Shown here piece by piece: positions 1 to 10,285 of a stretch of 64,000 nt of DNA (its first letter is position 1; every line of letters starts with the position of its first letter). The notes under the pieces were generated by a model. The model was not told where the DNA came from, did not search any database, and was given only the letters and a program-made list of their open reading frames with translations. This stretch comes from Elusimicrobiota bacterium (GTDB lineage: Bacteria > Elusimicrobiota > Elusimicrobia > UBA1565): NCBI GenBank assembly GCA_043827405.1, contig JBDRPD010000053.1:64001-128000 (forward strand), in the 5' to 3' direction. The translations under genes and the position numbers were made by a program.

Positions 1-330
1 AGCAAGGACAAGACCGCGCGGGTATGGGATGTCGCCAGCGGCCGGACGCTGCATATCCTCCGGCAGCCGCGCGGCATCGACGCCGCGGCCTTCTCCCCCG
101 ACGGCAGCAGGATACTGACCGGCAACCGGGACTGGACGCTGACGCTCTGGGACACGGCCAGCGGAAAAGAGCTGCGCGCGTTCCACGGCCACCAAGACTA
201 CATCTACAGCGTCGCCTTTCTTCCCGACGGCCGCCGCGCCGTTACCGCCAGCGTCGACCGGACCATCAAGCTGTGGGACCTCGATGCGGCGTTCGTGAAG
301 ACGGATAAAGAAACGAACGGCTATCGCTGA
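1..330 (+). CDS. WD40 repeat protein, C-terminal part (5' truncated by window edge)
   Basis: Frame 1 translated by hand: SKDKTARVWDVASG...AFSPDGSRILTG...TLWD...GHQDYIYSVAFLPDGRRAVTASVDRTIKLWD, stop TGA at 328-330. Not listed in the ORF track. Confidence 0.9.
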   Translation, partial: SKDKTARVWDVASGRTLHILRQPRGIDAAAFSPDGSRILTGNRDWTLTLWDTASGKELRAFHGHQDYIYSVAFLPDGRRAVTASVDRTIKLWDLDAAFVKTDKETNGYR

Positions 331-1703
331 GCGGCCAGCTCCGCGTAGACGTTATCCGCCAGCACCCGGTTCCCGGCCGGCGTCAGGTGGTCGTTGTCCT
401 CGAGGTAGTCGCCGCGCCCCGCACGCTCGATCAAAGCGCCGAATACGGCGCGGTTGTCGATCAGCGGCAGCTTATGCTTCTCGGCGATCCGCTGGATGGC
501 CGTATTGGCGCTCTGGTACGCCACCGGATAGTTCTGCAGCACCAGGCGCACGCCTTTCTCCCGGCATAGCCGCACCATCTCATCCCAGCTCTCCATACGC
601 AGACGGTTCACGTAGCGCTCGACTTCCTCGCGGTCGGTGAGCAGCTTATGGAAGCTGCGGAAGTCCTTATTCTCTCCCAGCCCCGGATGCTCGCGCCGCG
701 AGCGATCCAGCACCCGCAGGACGTCCGCCGCCGTGTACCGGCTCTGCACCTGATAGGTCTGGACGAACTGGAAGTTCGCGCCGTCGAAGGCGTCGGTCCA
801 AAAGCCGGCGGGAAACGCCCCGGCGATCTCCAGCAGCAGCGCGAAATAATCGTCGTAGCGCGACTGCCGGGTATAAACGCGGCCCGCATAGTCGGCCAGC
901 AGCTCCATAAAGTCGCCGGCGCGGCGCAGGTCCAGCTCATAGCGCCGCGCCTCCGCTCCGAAGACGGGCCGCAGCCGCGCCGTCAGCTCCGGCGCCAGGG
1001 CGCGCTGAGGATCGCCGGCCATGAGCTTCCGGTGCTCGCGATAAACGCCCAGCAGCAATGCGAACTTTTCGTCCGAGTTTGGCTCCGTCTTCCCGCCCGC
1101 CCGCCGATGCCGCCACCGCAGCCGCAGGTGGCGGAAGACTTTGTAGATGCGCAGGCGGTAAAGCCAGCCGGCGGGCAGAACGTCGTGCCACCGCCCCCCT
1201 TCCTCACGCATTCGCTCCCGCATCAGGGGCAGATTGAAGATATCCGCGGCGCCCACGAGAACGACGACGGCATCCGGCGGCCGCTGCGCGCCCTCGGTTT
1301 CAAGGTAGCGCTTGAGCTTGGCGGCCGCGCCGAAGGTGCTCTCCTCGCACTTCCCCATATTATAGACCGCGGCCGGCATTCCGGCGTCGATGAACCGCCG
1401 GTACAGGAAATACGGAAAGCTGTGGTAGCTTTTGACGTTGGTGCCGTTGGTGAGCGAATCGCCGAAGGCGAGGATCAGCCGCGTCCGGCCGTTCGGCGGG
1501 CGGTAACGCTCGAACGTGTCGTCGGCGTCGTGCTCCCCCTCATCATAGGGCGGCAAAAACTCCCGCTGCCGCGAGGCGGTGAGAGCGAAACCGGTCGCCC
1601 GCAGACCCGCTTCCAGCAGCGCCAGGCAGATGAGCAGGCTGACCAGAAATACGGTCAGCTTGACGCCGGGCGAATGTTTGTATTTATTTAGGAATCTCTT
1701 CAC
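321..1703 (-). CDS. Membrane-anchored SGNH/GDSL-hydrolase-family protein (paralog 1 of 5)
   Basis: N-terminal TM helix (…LLEAGLR), block I GDSLT, block III-like VGAAD, block V DNDH; long helical insert between blocks III and V. Confidence 0.8.
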   Translation of the reverse strand: MKRFLNKYKHSPGVKLTVFLVSLLICLALLEAGLRATGFALTASRQREFLPPYDEGEHDADDTFERYRPPNGRTRLILAFGDSLTNGTNVKSYHSFPYFLYRRFIDAGMPAAVYNMGKCEESTFGAAAKLKRYLETEGAQRPPDAVVVLVGAADIFNLPLMRERMREEGGRWHDVLPAGWLYRLRIYKVFRHLRLRWRHRRAGGKTEPNSDEKFALLLGVYREHRKLMAGDPQRALAPELTARLRPVFGAEARRYELDLRRAGDFMELLADYAGRVYTRQSRYDDYFALLLEIAGAFPAGFWTDAFDGANFQFVQTYQVQSRYTAADVLRVLDRSRREHPGLGENKDFRSFHKLLTDREEVERYVNRLRMESWDEMVRLCREKGVRLVLQNYPVAYQSANTAIQRIAEKHKLPLIDNRAVFGALIERAGRGDYLEDNDHLTPAGNRVLADNVYAELAAQR

Positions 1704-1759
1704 GGGCGACAGAGTCTGAAGCGGCGGTGTTTTTGTATTGTAGTATAAACACCGACGCC

Positions 1760-2680
1760 ATGCCTGAAGCCTGGGAAGCCGAATGCCTGCTGGACGCGGA
1801 CAAAGTCCGCCGGCTCCTCGACGCCCAGCTCCCCGACCTGAAAGACGCCCCCGTCGCCTACTTCAACGAAGGCTGGGACACCTGGATCTACGAGGTCGGC
1901 GGGAAATATCTGTTCCGCTTCCCCAAGCGCGAGTCCGCCGACGGCACTTTGCGCATGGAGCTGCGCCTCCTGCCCGAGCTCGAGGAGGCGGTGCCGCTGC
2001 CTATCCCGTCGTTCGAGTTTATGGGCCGGCCGTCGAAGCCCTATCCCTTTCACTTCGCCGGCTACGAGAAGATGCCGGGAATCACCGGCTTCGATGCCAA
2101 AGCCGCGCCGCCGGAGCCCGCGAAGATCGCGCGCCAGCTCGGCGGCTTTCTCACGCGGCTGCACTCTTTTTCGCGCGCGGCCGCGAAGAAGCTCGGGGTG
2201 CCGATCGATGAGAATCTCGGCGCCCTGCCGCTCATCCAAAAGGACGCCCTGGGACGCCTCGACGCGGTGCGCGGGATCCTGCCGCGCAAGTTCTTTCAGC
2301 CGCTGAAAAAGGTCCTGAGCCGGGACACCGCCCTCCTCGGCGGCCCCGCGGGCCCGTCGCGGCTGATCCACAACGATCTCTGCAGCGAGCATATCCTCCT
2401 CGCTGCGGACCGGCGGCGCGTCACCGGCATCATCGACTGGGGCGACGCGGAGTTCGGCGACCCGGCCATGGACTTCGCCGGCCTGCTGCAGTGGCTCGGC
2501 CCCGAGTTCATGGGAAGCGTGCTCGACGCCTACAAGCTGGACATCGACGCCGACCTCCGGGAGCGGGCGCGCTTTCTCGCCTGCAGCGAGGGCGTCCAGG
2601 ATATGCACTACGGGATGGACACCGGCCGCAAAGAGTTCGCCCTGGCGGGCGCCGCGGCGGCGCGCAACGCCTTGAAATAG
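1760..2680 (+). CDS. Aminoglycoside phosphotransferase / choline-kinase-like (APH family) protein
   Basis: EGWD, LFRFP, Brenner motif HNDLCSEHIL and GIIDWGD; ATG at 1760 preferred over 1727. Confidence 0.85.
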   Translation: MPEAWEAECLLDADKVRRLLDAQLPDLKDAPVAYFNEGWDTWIYEVGGKYLFRFPKRESADGTLRMELRLLPELEEAVPLPIPSFEFMGRPSKPYPFHFAGYEKMPGITGFDAKAAPPEPAKIARQLGGFLTRLHSFSRAAAKKLGVPIDENLGALPLIQKDALGRLDAVRGILPRKFFQPLKKVLSRDTALLGGPAGPSRLIHNDLCSEHILLAADRRRVTGIIDWGDAEFGDPAMDFAGLLQWLGPEFMGSVLDAYKLDIDADLRERARFLACSEGVQDMHYGMDTGRKEFALAGAAAARNALK

Positions 2681-2735
2681 TCGCCGAGGCTGTTTTGTAC
2701 AATGGGCTGCGCCCCGCCAGGGGGCGGAGGTCCAC

Positions 2736-5700
2736 ATGACAGCACCCCAACTCGTTCGCGTCGCATGCGCCATCGCCATCACCCTCGCACCCGCCGCCGC
2801 GTTCGCGAATCCGGGCGACGGCTCCTACGAGCTCACGGCGCAGATCAGCAAGACCGCTTTCAAAGTAACGGGAAAGAAGTGGTATGCGAAGACCCTCCAG
2901 TTTTCGGCCGACGGCGGCATCCTGATCGCCTCCGGCGCCAACTCGGAAGACAACGTTTTCCGCTTTTGGGACGTCGCGTCGGGGAAGCTCGTGGCCGAGA
3001 TTCCCGAGATGCAGAACGACAGCAAGCTGGCGGTCACGCCCGACGGCCAGTTCCTAGTGCTGCGCTCGCCGACGACGCTCGTGCTCGCCCGCGCGGCCAC
3101 CGGCAAGATCATCCAACGGGTCGTCATCGATCCCAAGGCGTGGTCCCTTTCCACCACCCGGCTCGCCCTAACCAAGGACGGCGGCACCGTCGCGACGCAG
3201 CACGGCGCGAAGGTCAGATCGTGGGATGTCGCATCCGGCAAGGAACGCAAGCCGCTCGCCGCCGCCAGCGGCAAAAAGGACAGCGAGGTGACGGCGCTGG
3301 CCTTCACGCCGGACGGCGGCACTTTGATCGGCGGCATCAACGATGACGACCGGCTGCACTTCTGGGACATGCGGACGCGGAAACTGCGCCTGGCCGCGCC
3401 CGAGCCGTGCGCGCTCCACGTGACGCAGATGGCCGTCAGCGCCGACGGTGCGCGGCTGATCACCGTAAACCTCAAAGGCCTGCTCTGCGCATGGGATCCG
3501 CGGACGCTGGCCATGGAAGGAGTGCTGACGCGGGACGTCCGCGTCGAGAGACCGCTATTGATGTCCCCGGACGGAAACACCTTGCTCTATTTCGACGCCA
3601 ACCATGCGTTCACGCTTTGGGATATCGAAAAGGAGCGAAAGAAGGCTTCTTTTGCCACCTCGTACGGCACGAACTTCGCCGTGTCGTCCGACTGGAAAAC
3701 CGCCGCCGTAATAGGCCCCATCGGCGACAAGAGCGTCCGCGTCTTCGATGTCGCCTCCGGAGCGCTGCGCGGAGTCTTCAGCTCGGAGCCCGAGACGATC
3801 GATTTCACACTCGACGGCAAGACCCTGATAACCGGCGGCTACACCTCGAACCTTTGGGAGGTATCCACGGGCCGCCGGCGCGAGTTCTCAAGCGGCAACT
3901 CCTACTACTCGCTGGCCATCGCTCCGGACGGCAAATCGTTCGCGGCCTGCGAGCTTTACGGGACCGCCCATTTCTACGGCATCACCGCCGCCCCGACCCC
4001 GCAGGTCCCCGCGCCGACAGCCCCCGCCCTTCTCAGCGCCGAGCACGCTTTCAGCGAGCCGTCCGGCGACGGCGTTCTCGCGGCGGGCGAAAGCGGCACT
4101 CTGCGCGTGACCCTCCGCAACACGGGACGGGGCGCCGCCCATGCCGTCCGTGTAATACCGCGCCTGGAACCCTTCGCCCCCGGGATTCAGCTCTCGCCGG
4201 AGATCGTGCTGCAGACTCTCCCGCCGGCGGCGACCGCCGCGCTCGACATCGTGGTCCGCGCCACGCCCGAACTCGCATCCGGCGAGGCGAAGATCGTCGT
4301 GTCCGTGACCGAAGGCAACGGCTTCGACGCCCCCCCGTTCGCGGCGGCCGTCAAGACGCGGGGCTTCGCTCCCCCCCGCCTGGGCATCGCCGGCGTCAGC
4401 CTCGCCGGCGGCGGCAGCGTCAAGAAGCTGGCCACCAACCGCGTCGCCGTCACCATCCGGAATTCCGGAGAAGGCCCGGCGCAGGGCGTTCGCGCCGCGC
4501 TGGCGGTCGCCGATCCCAACATCTTCCTCGAATCCAAAGAGCCGGTCGCGCTCGGGGACCTGGAGCCGGGCGGCTCCAAGGAGGCGGAGTTCGGCTTCTT
4601 TATCAACAACCGCTACAGCGGAGCCAAAGAGCTTCCGATCACGGTCGGCATCGAAGAGGCGGCGGGCAAGTACGGGGTGAAGCCCGTTTCCCTGCGCCTC
4701 GCCTTGGATGAGCCGGCGCCCGACTGGTCGCGCGCCGCCGCGGCATCCGGCGCAGAGTTCAAGCTCAAGCGCATGACTCTTCTGCGCGGCGACGATGAGC
4801 TGCGCTACCCGGTCAGCTCGCGCGACGGCAAGTGGGCGGCGGCCGGCAGCGGCGGCGGCTCGATCCTCGTATGGGACACGGCGACCGGCGAGCGCCGGGC
4901 GGCGCTGAAGATCAAGCTCGGCAAGCATTCGGAGCTCAAGCCCCAGGCTTTCACGCCGGACGGGGACGGCCTGTACGCGATCGCGGACAACAACGTCTAC
5001 CTCCTGGACCTGGTCAATGAGCGCAGCCGGCCGTTCTGGAGCGGAACCCGCACCCGCTACGAGACGCGGGAGACCGGCAGCGCCTTCCAGCCGATCGCGA
5101 CATTTTCCTACAACTTACTTGAAGCCGCGGCGCTCTCGCCCGACGGGCGAATGCTGGCGCTGGGCGGCTGCTACGAGAAAGACGAGGAATCGATCCTGCT
5201 CGACGTCGAGACCAAGGCCGAACGCGTGCTGCCCAGCGGCAGCGGCTGCGTGCGGCACGCCGTTTTCTCCCCGAAAGGGCGCCACCTCGCGCTCGGCCGC
5301 GAAAGCGGCGGCATGGTCGAAGTATGGGATCCCGCCGCCGCCAAGCGCGTCAGCTCCTGGACGACCGGCAAGGACGCCGCGCGCGCTTTGGCCTTTTCCC
5401 CCGACGGGCAAACCCTGGCGACCAGCTTCGGCGAAAAAGACATCGCGCTGTGGGACCCGGCTACGGGCGCCCGCAAGGGCGTGCTCAAAGGAGACGGCTA
5501 TGCCATCGGTCATCTGGCCTATTCCCCGGACGGCAGCTGGCTCGTTTCCACCTCCTACAACAATATGACGATATGGGATGCGCCCGCCTCCGCGCCCAAG
5601 GAAAAGCTCTCCACCGGCTATTACCGCGCCTTCACCTTCCTGCCGGACGGCACCTTGGCCGCGGCCAACGCGAAATCGCTGATCCTATACAGCCTCTACG

Positions 5701-7298
5701 GCGGCAAAAAAGCGGCACCCAAGCCGAAGGCCCCGGCCCGCCTGGAATTGGACGTCTCCTTTCGCGAGCCGTCCGGCAACCGGGCCTTGGACGCCGGCGA
5801 GGAAGGCGAGCTCGTCGTGAAGATCGCCAACCGCGGCAAGGGGAGCGCCTACGCGGTAAGGCTTCTCGCCGCGCTCGAGAAGCCGGCTCCGGGGCTGCGG
5901 CTCCCCCAGCCCCTGCTGGCGGGCGAGATCGCTCCGGGCAAATCGGTGACGCAGACATTGACGCTGCGCGCGACCGCCGGCATCGGCGCGCAGACGGTCA
6001 CGCTTAAGATCGAAGCGCGTGAAGGCAACGGGTTCGACGCCGCTCCCCAGGTCATCGAGTTCCAGTCCCGCGCGCTGGAGGCGCCGCGACTGGAGATCGC
6101 CGGCCTGTCGCTGGCGGGCCAAGGCGTGGTCAAGGTCAACATGGTCAATAAGCTGACGGTCAAGGTGCGCAACAGCGGCCGCGGCGCGGCGCGGGACGTC
6201 AAGGCCGAGCTTGCGCTCGGCAGCCCGGAGATATTCCCTTCCGGCGAGACCGCGTACGCGCTGGGCACGCTCGCGCCCGGACAGACGGCGAAGGCGGACT
6301 TCGAGTTCTTCGTCAACGCCCGCTTCAAGGGCAAGAAGCTGCCGCTCGCGCTGAGCCTCAGCGAGTCGTTCGGACGCTTCGGCGTGCGGGAACAGCCGCT
6401 GCACCTGGCATTGGACGAGGCGCCTTCAGCGGCGCTGATTCAAGTACAGGAGCGCGAGCGCGAGGGAGCGCCGGCCGCGCCGGCGACGGCGGACGTGGAC
6501 GCGCCCCCGCATACGGAGACCGCGCGTGATCCGGCGGCCTACGCCGTCGTCGTCGGCGTCGAGAAGTACCGGGAGAGCGGCCTCCCCGCCGTGGACTACG
6601 CGGCGCGCGACGCCCAGGCCGTGCACGCTTACTTGACGCAGTCCATGGGGTTCGACTCCCGCAATGTCATTTTGCTGCAGAACGAGAGCGCGGCGAAGAC
6701 CGATCTGGAAAAGTACCTCGGCGCGTGGCTCAACAACCGCGTGACGAAGAAGAGCCGGGTATTCGTATATTTTGCCGGCCACGGCGCCCCCGACCCCGCC
6801 ACCGGAGAGGGCTACCTCATCCCGTACGACGGTGACCCATCTTATACGAAGGAGACCGCCTATCCGCTCAAGAAGCTCTACGCGTCGCTGGCGAGCCTGC
6901 CCGCCGAGGAGGTGACCGTGGTCCTCGACTCCTGCTTCTCGGGCCGCGGCAAGCGGTCGGTCATCGCCAAGGGCGCGCGGCCGCTGGTGCTGACCAAATC
7001 CGAGAAGACGGCCGGGGAAAACACCGTCGTACTCAGCGCCGCCGGCGCCGACCAGATCAGCACCTTTCAACAGGACGCCGAGCACGGCCTGCTGACGTAT
7101 TATCTGCTGCGCGGCCTGCGCGGGGACGCCGACGCGGACGGCAACGGCCGCATCACGACCGGCGAGCTCTTCGCCTACACGCAGCCGGCGGTGGAGCGGG
7201 AGGCGCGGCTGCAGAACGTATCCCAGACGCCGACGCTGGACCCCGCGCTCGACGCGCTCGGGCGCCGCGCGAACCATGTCTGGATACGCCTGAAGTGA
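2736..7298 (+). CDS. Exported multidomain protein: two WD40 propellers, repeated CARDB/Ig-like modules, C-terminal caspase-like (peptidase C14) domain
   Basis: Signal peptide; many FSPDG/WD repeats; duplicated 'F.EPSG...L.AGE.G.L...N.G.G.A' modules; caspase dyad FAGHG and LDSCFSG; GGAGG RBS upstream. Confidence 0.85.
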   Translation: MTAPQLVRVACAIAITLAPAAAFANPGDGSYELTAQISKTAFKVTGKKWYAKTLQFSADGGILIASGANSEDNVFRFWDVASGKLVAEIPEMQNDSKLAVTPDGQFLVLRSPTTLVLARAATGKIIQRVVIDPKAWSLSTTRLALTKDGGTVATQHGAKVRSWDVASGKERKPLAAASGKKDSEVTALAFTPDGGTLIGGINDDDRLHFWDMRTRKLRLAAPEPCALHVTQMAVSADGARLITVNLKGLLCAWDPRTLAMEGVLTRDVRVERPLLMSPDGNTLLYFDANHAFTLWDIEKERKKASFATSYGTNFAVSSDWKTAAVIGPIGDKSVRVFDVASGALRGVFSSEPETIDFTLDGKTLITGGYTSNLWEVSTGRRREFSSGNSYYSLAIAPDGKSFAACELYGTAHFYGITAAPTPQVPAPTAPALLSAEHAFSEPSGDGVLAAGESGTLRVTLRNTGRGAAHAVRVIPRLEPFAPGIQLSPEIVLQTLPPAATAALDIVVRATPELASGEAKIVVSVTEGNGFDAPPFAAAVKTRGFAPPRLGIAGVSLAGGGSVKKLATNRVAVTIRNSGEGPAQGVRAALAVADPNIFLESKEPVALGDLEPGGSKEAEFGFFINNRYSGAKELPITVGIEEAAGKYGVKPVSLRLALDEPAPDWSRAAAASGAEFKLKRMTLLRGDDELRYPVSSRDGKWAAAGSGGGSILVWDTATGERRAALKIKLGKHSELKPQAFTPDGDGLYAIADNNVYLLDLVNERSRPFWSGTRTRYETRETGSAFQPIATFSYNLLEAAALSPDGRMLALGGCYEKDEESILLDVETKAERVLPSGSGCVRHAVFSPKGRHLALGRESGGMVEVWDPAAAKRVSSWTTGKDAARALAFSPDGQTLATSFGEKDIALWDPATGARKGVLKGDGYAIGHLAYSPDGSWLVSTSYNNMTIWDAPASAPKEKLSTGYYRAFTFLPDGTLAAANAKSLILYSLYGGKKAAPKPKAPARLELDVSFREPSGNRALDAGEEGELVVKIANRGKGSAYAVRLLAALEKPAPGLRLPQPLLAGEIAPGKSVTQTLTLRATAGIGAQTVTLKIEAREGNGFDAAPQVIEFQSRALEAPRLEIAGLSLAGQGVVKVNMVNKLTVKVRNSGRGAARDVKAELALGSPEIFPSGETAYALGTLAPGQTAKADFEFFVNARFKGKKLPLALSLSESFGRFGVREQPLHLALDEAPSAALIQVQEREREGAPAAPATADVDAPPHTETARDPAAYAVVVGVEKYRESGLPAVDYAARDAQAVHAYLTQSMGFDSRNVILLQNESAAKTDLEKYLGAWLNNRVTKKSRVFVYFAGHGAPDPATGEGYLIPYDGDPSYTKETAYPLKKLYASLASLPAEEVTVVLDSCFSGRGKRSVIAKGARPLVLTKSEKTAGENTVVLSAAGADQISTFQQDAEHGLLTYYLLRGLRGDADADGNGRITTGELFAYTQPAVEREARLQNVSQTPTLDPALDALGRRANHVWIRLK

Positions 7299-7317
7299 CG
7301 CCCGGATCGCGTTAGGA

Positions 7318-9585
7318 TCAGCGCGGGCAGCCGCCCGGCGGGCGCAGCGGCAGGGCCGCGGCCCGCTGCGCACCGAGCCGCGCTTCCAGCTCCTTCTTAT
7401 CAGCGGCGCCGATCTCGACGCAGGTTACGGCCGCCAGCGGAAAGGAGCGGAAAATCTTCGCTTCGAGATAAGCATCCGTTTCCTCATCGATCAGGCGCCA
7501 AAGAGCGTCATCCGCGGACTCCGCGGCGAGGCGCAGGCGCTCGCGCGACTGCGCCTGCTCTCGATATCCGGCGACGGCCAGCGCCGCCAGCGCTTTGCCG
7601 TAGTCCGCGGCGACAACCGCGTCTTCGGCGAAGGCTTGGCGGGCGCGCGACAGCTGCTCTCCGGCGGGGCGGCTTTGCGGATCGATCCCCATGCGGCCGA
7701 GCAGGTTGGCGCCGGACCGGCGGGTCGCGAAGGAATTCTTCCAGGCCGCGCTCGACAAGTGCACGACGATCGGCCCATACATCTCCGCCCAATCATTTTG
7801 CCCGGCCCCCGCGAACAAGTAGTCCGCCGCGCCGTACAGCGCGTCTTCTCCGGCCGGTATCAGACCGGTCTTTACCTGGGACGCCCCCTTAAGACCGGCC
7901 ACCTGCTTGGGCGATAAAGCCAGGCCGTCTTCCGCCAGCAACGCGAACCGCGCGGCCCAGGTGCGAAAGAGGACGGGGGGATTGGAGGAGGAGACGCGCG
8001 CGACGAACGCTTTCTCGATAGCGCTGAGCGGCCTCAGCGCGTCGAGCATTTCCGCGACGGCCGGCGAAGAGAAGTCCGCCAGCGGCCGCTGCAGGGCTTC
8101 CTCCAACGGATGCCGGTAGGCGCGTTCTCCGGCTTCCAGCCGGAGCTTAAGGCGCTTGGCATAGGCGCGGGCGCCTGCATGACGCAGCACGGCGCGGGTC
8201 TCGGCTAGACGATGGTGCTTGAGCACGGGTTGCGGTTCGGGATAATCGGTGATAAGGTAAGCCGTTCCCAGACGCAGGCCCTTATCGGCGGCCGCCTTGG
8301 CCAGCGCGAAACCCTCGACATCGACCGTATCCGCGAGCGCCGCGGCACGTCTTAGAAACCGGCGCGTCTCAAGCAGCGGGCTCTCGACGGCGATATGGCA
8401 GGGCGGGCGGGCGTCGCCGGAAAGCTCGTTGGGGATATCCAATCGCTCGCCCGCTCGGGAGAGATAGCATGCGGGGTAAGCCAGGGAATAGGGAGGGAGA
8501 TAGGTCAGGGCGCCCGCCGACCCGGCGAAATAAAGGGTCTCAAACTCCACGCCCGATTCCACCAGGCGGGCGATGGATGCGCCGAGGCTTTCGCCGTACC
8601 AGCTGTCTTCAACAGCGACGGCGACCAAAGTAGTCGTCGCGACGCGGACGGTGAACGCTCGCCAGCCTTCCCCGCTCAGCTGCGCGGCGGGCGCGAGCTC
8701 TTCCTTGAGCTCATCGTAATAGCCGAGAGCGAGAACGTCGAATCGCCGCGGCAGCCCGGAGTTCTCCATAAACGGCGCGAGCAGCAGATCATCTCTCGAT
8801 CGGGGAGCGTGATCGTCAAGCCGGAAGACCCGCGGCGCGGCGCCTGCGAGAAGCACTTTAAGCAGCGCCAGCTCGTGCAGGTAAAGAGAGCGGTTCGCGA
8901 AACCGTCCAGGACGAGGGCGTATCCCCCCTCCCGGCAAGCGGAGAACCTGGCCCGGAACCCATTGGTGGTTCCCGGGAAATTGAGCAGGCGGGGAGCCGC
9001 GGCGGCGCAGTGCGGAGGCCAGGGAACGTCCGCCGCGGGAGAAGCCGCGATACGCAGGCCCTCTTCCGACGCCGACGAAGCCAAAGCGCCGAGCGCTCCC
9101 AGCCGGGAGTCCGCATAGCCGCGGGCATCCTCCATCGGCAGATCGGCCGGATCCGCCGCCGCGATTTCCTCCGGCCAGCCTTCCCGCAGCTCCCGCGAAG
9201 TCGACGCACCGGCGATGAACGGCGCGAAGAGCCGGACATCCGGCCGGCCGAAGTAGCGGAGAGTCCGCCGGCCCGCCTCCGCGAGGGCGGCGCGGCCGGC
9301 CGCATCCGATCCGGCGGCATAGCCCTCTTCGACACGGCGGATTAACTCGCGAATGGTGGGGTTGCCGGACCGCGTCTTCGCCTGGGCGGGCTCCAGACCT
9401 GCGGCCAGTTCGGGCGCGAGGCCATAGCGTCCCAGATAGTATTTAAGGCTCCAGGCGGCATCGATCGCGGCCCGGCGGACCGCGGCGTCCTCGGGATTCT
9501 TTCCCGCCGGCGTCCGCACCGGAGCCGCTGCGCAGCCGGCCGCCAGCAGGACCGCGAGCGGGAGGAACAGCCGGCCGCGGGTCAT
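7318..9585 (-). CDS. Lipoprotein with a central nucleoside phosphorylase-like domain and an uncharacterised C-terminal domain
   Basis: Lipobox LAAGC after MTRGR; motifs FAGSAGAL, VDVE, LITD resemble PNP/UDP phosphorylase family; ATG at 9585 overlaps the upstream stop (ATGA). Confidence 0.55.
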   Translation of the reverse strand: MTRGRLFLPLAVLLAAGCAAAPVRTPAGKNPEDAAVRRAAIDAAWSLKYYLGRYGLAPELAAGLEPAQAKTRSGNPTIRELIRRVEEGYAAGSDAAGRAALAEAGRRTLRYFGRPDVRLFAPFIAGASTSRELREGWPEEIAAADPADLPMEDARGYADSRLGALGALASSASEEGLRIAASPAADVPWPPHCAAAAPRLLNFPGTTNGFRARFSACREGGYALVLDGFANRSLYLHELALLKVLLAGAAPRVFRLDDHAPRSRDDLLLAPFMENSGLPRRFDVLALGYYDELKEELAPAAQLSGEGWRAFTVRVATTTLVAVAVEDSWYGESLGASIARLVESGVEFETLYFAGSAGALTYLPPYSLAYPACYLSRAGERLDIPNELSGDARPPCHIAVESPLLETRRFLRRAAALADTVDVEGFALAKAAADKGLRLGTAYLITDYPEPQPVLKHHRLAETRAVLRHAGARAYAKRLKLRLEAGERAYRHPLEEALQRPLADFSSPAVAEMLDALRPLSAIEKAFVARVSSSNPPVLFRTWAARFALLAEDGLALSPKQVAGLKGASQVKTGLIPAGEDALYGAADYLFAGAGQNDWAEMYGPIVVHLSSAAWKNSFATRRSGANLLGRMGIDPQSRPAGEQLSRARQAFAEDAVVAADYGKALAALAVAGYREQAQSRERLRLAAESADDALWRLIDEETDAYLEAKIFRSFPLAAVTCVEIGAADKKELEARLGAQRAAALPLRPPGGCPR

Positions 9586-10274
9586 TTGCATCCCGCCGCT
9601 GCCAGCCGCTGCAGCAGCGCGCGCTGCGCCGGGTGCCAGGCGCATGCGGGCCGGGCCGCGACGATCATACTCTCCGCCTCGGCGACATCCTTGGCCACGC
9701 CGCGCAGCAGCAGCACCGCCGCCGCCAGAGCCGCCGATCGCCCATGACCGTTAGCGCAGTGGATGAATACGCCCCCCTCAGCCGACGCCGCCTGGCGTGC
9801 GAGCTCCATGAACGCGCCTTCCTCCGGCACAAAGGCATCAAGAGTCGGCAGTGACTTATACCCGCGGCGCGGCGCGTATTTAAGCCGGGGGAACTCGCTG
9901 GTCATATCGATAATTAATGTCACCGCCTCCGGGAGCTCCCTTTCGTAAGCGCGCCGCCCTAAAAACAAACCGGGAACGATCTCGTCCAGCACGTTTTCTC
10001 GTGAGAAAAATATCTGCGCGTGCCAGGTCGCCCAATTGATGAGCAGAAAGGGCAGCATGAGGACAACGATCCACCAGCGCATGGTGCCGTCATCGCGCTT
10101 GCCGAATACCCGTCCTGCCAAACCGAAATAAGCGCTGCCGACGGCCAGGCAGTTGGCGGCGGGCCACAGCATCAGCTGCTTCCAGCCGCCGCCGTCAAGC
10201 GACCAATAGACAAGCAGGGCGCCGATCGAGAGGAAGGCGGCGGCTATCAGTTGGTGGGGGCGCTTGCGGCGCAT
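9582..10274 (-). CDS. Membrane-bound dual-specificity protein phosphatase family protein
   Basis: Three N-terminal hydrophobic segments, GLFLG, PTLD, and CX5R loop HCANGHGRS. Confidence 0.85.
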   Translation of the reverse strand: MRRKRPHQLIAAAFLSIGALLVYWSLDGGGWKQLMLWPAANCLAVGSAYFGLAGRVFGKRDDGTMRWWIVVLMLPFLLINWATWHAQIFFSRENVLDEIVPGLFLGRRAYERELPEAVTLIIDMTSEFPRLKYAPRRGYKSLPTLDAFVPEEGAFMELARQAASAEGGVFIHCANGHGRSAALAAAVLLLRGVAKDVAEAESMIVAARPACAWHPAQRALLQRLAAAGCK

Positions 10275-10285
10275 GCTTTACACCC

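Noticed and set aside
2672..2703. TTGAAA…TACAAT promoter before the WD40-caspase gene
   Set aside because: The 20-nt spacer is too long for a standard sigma70 promoter.
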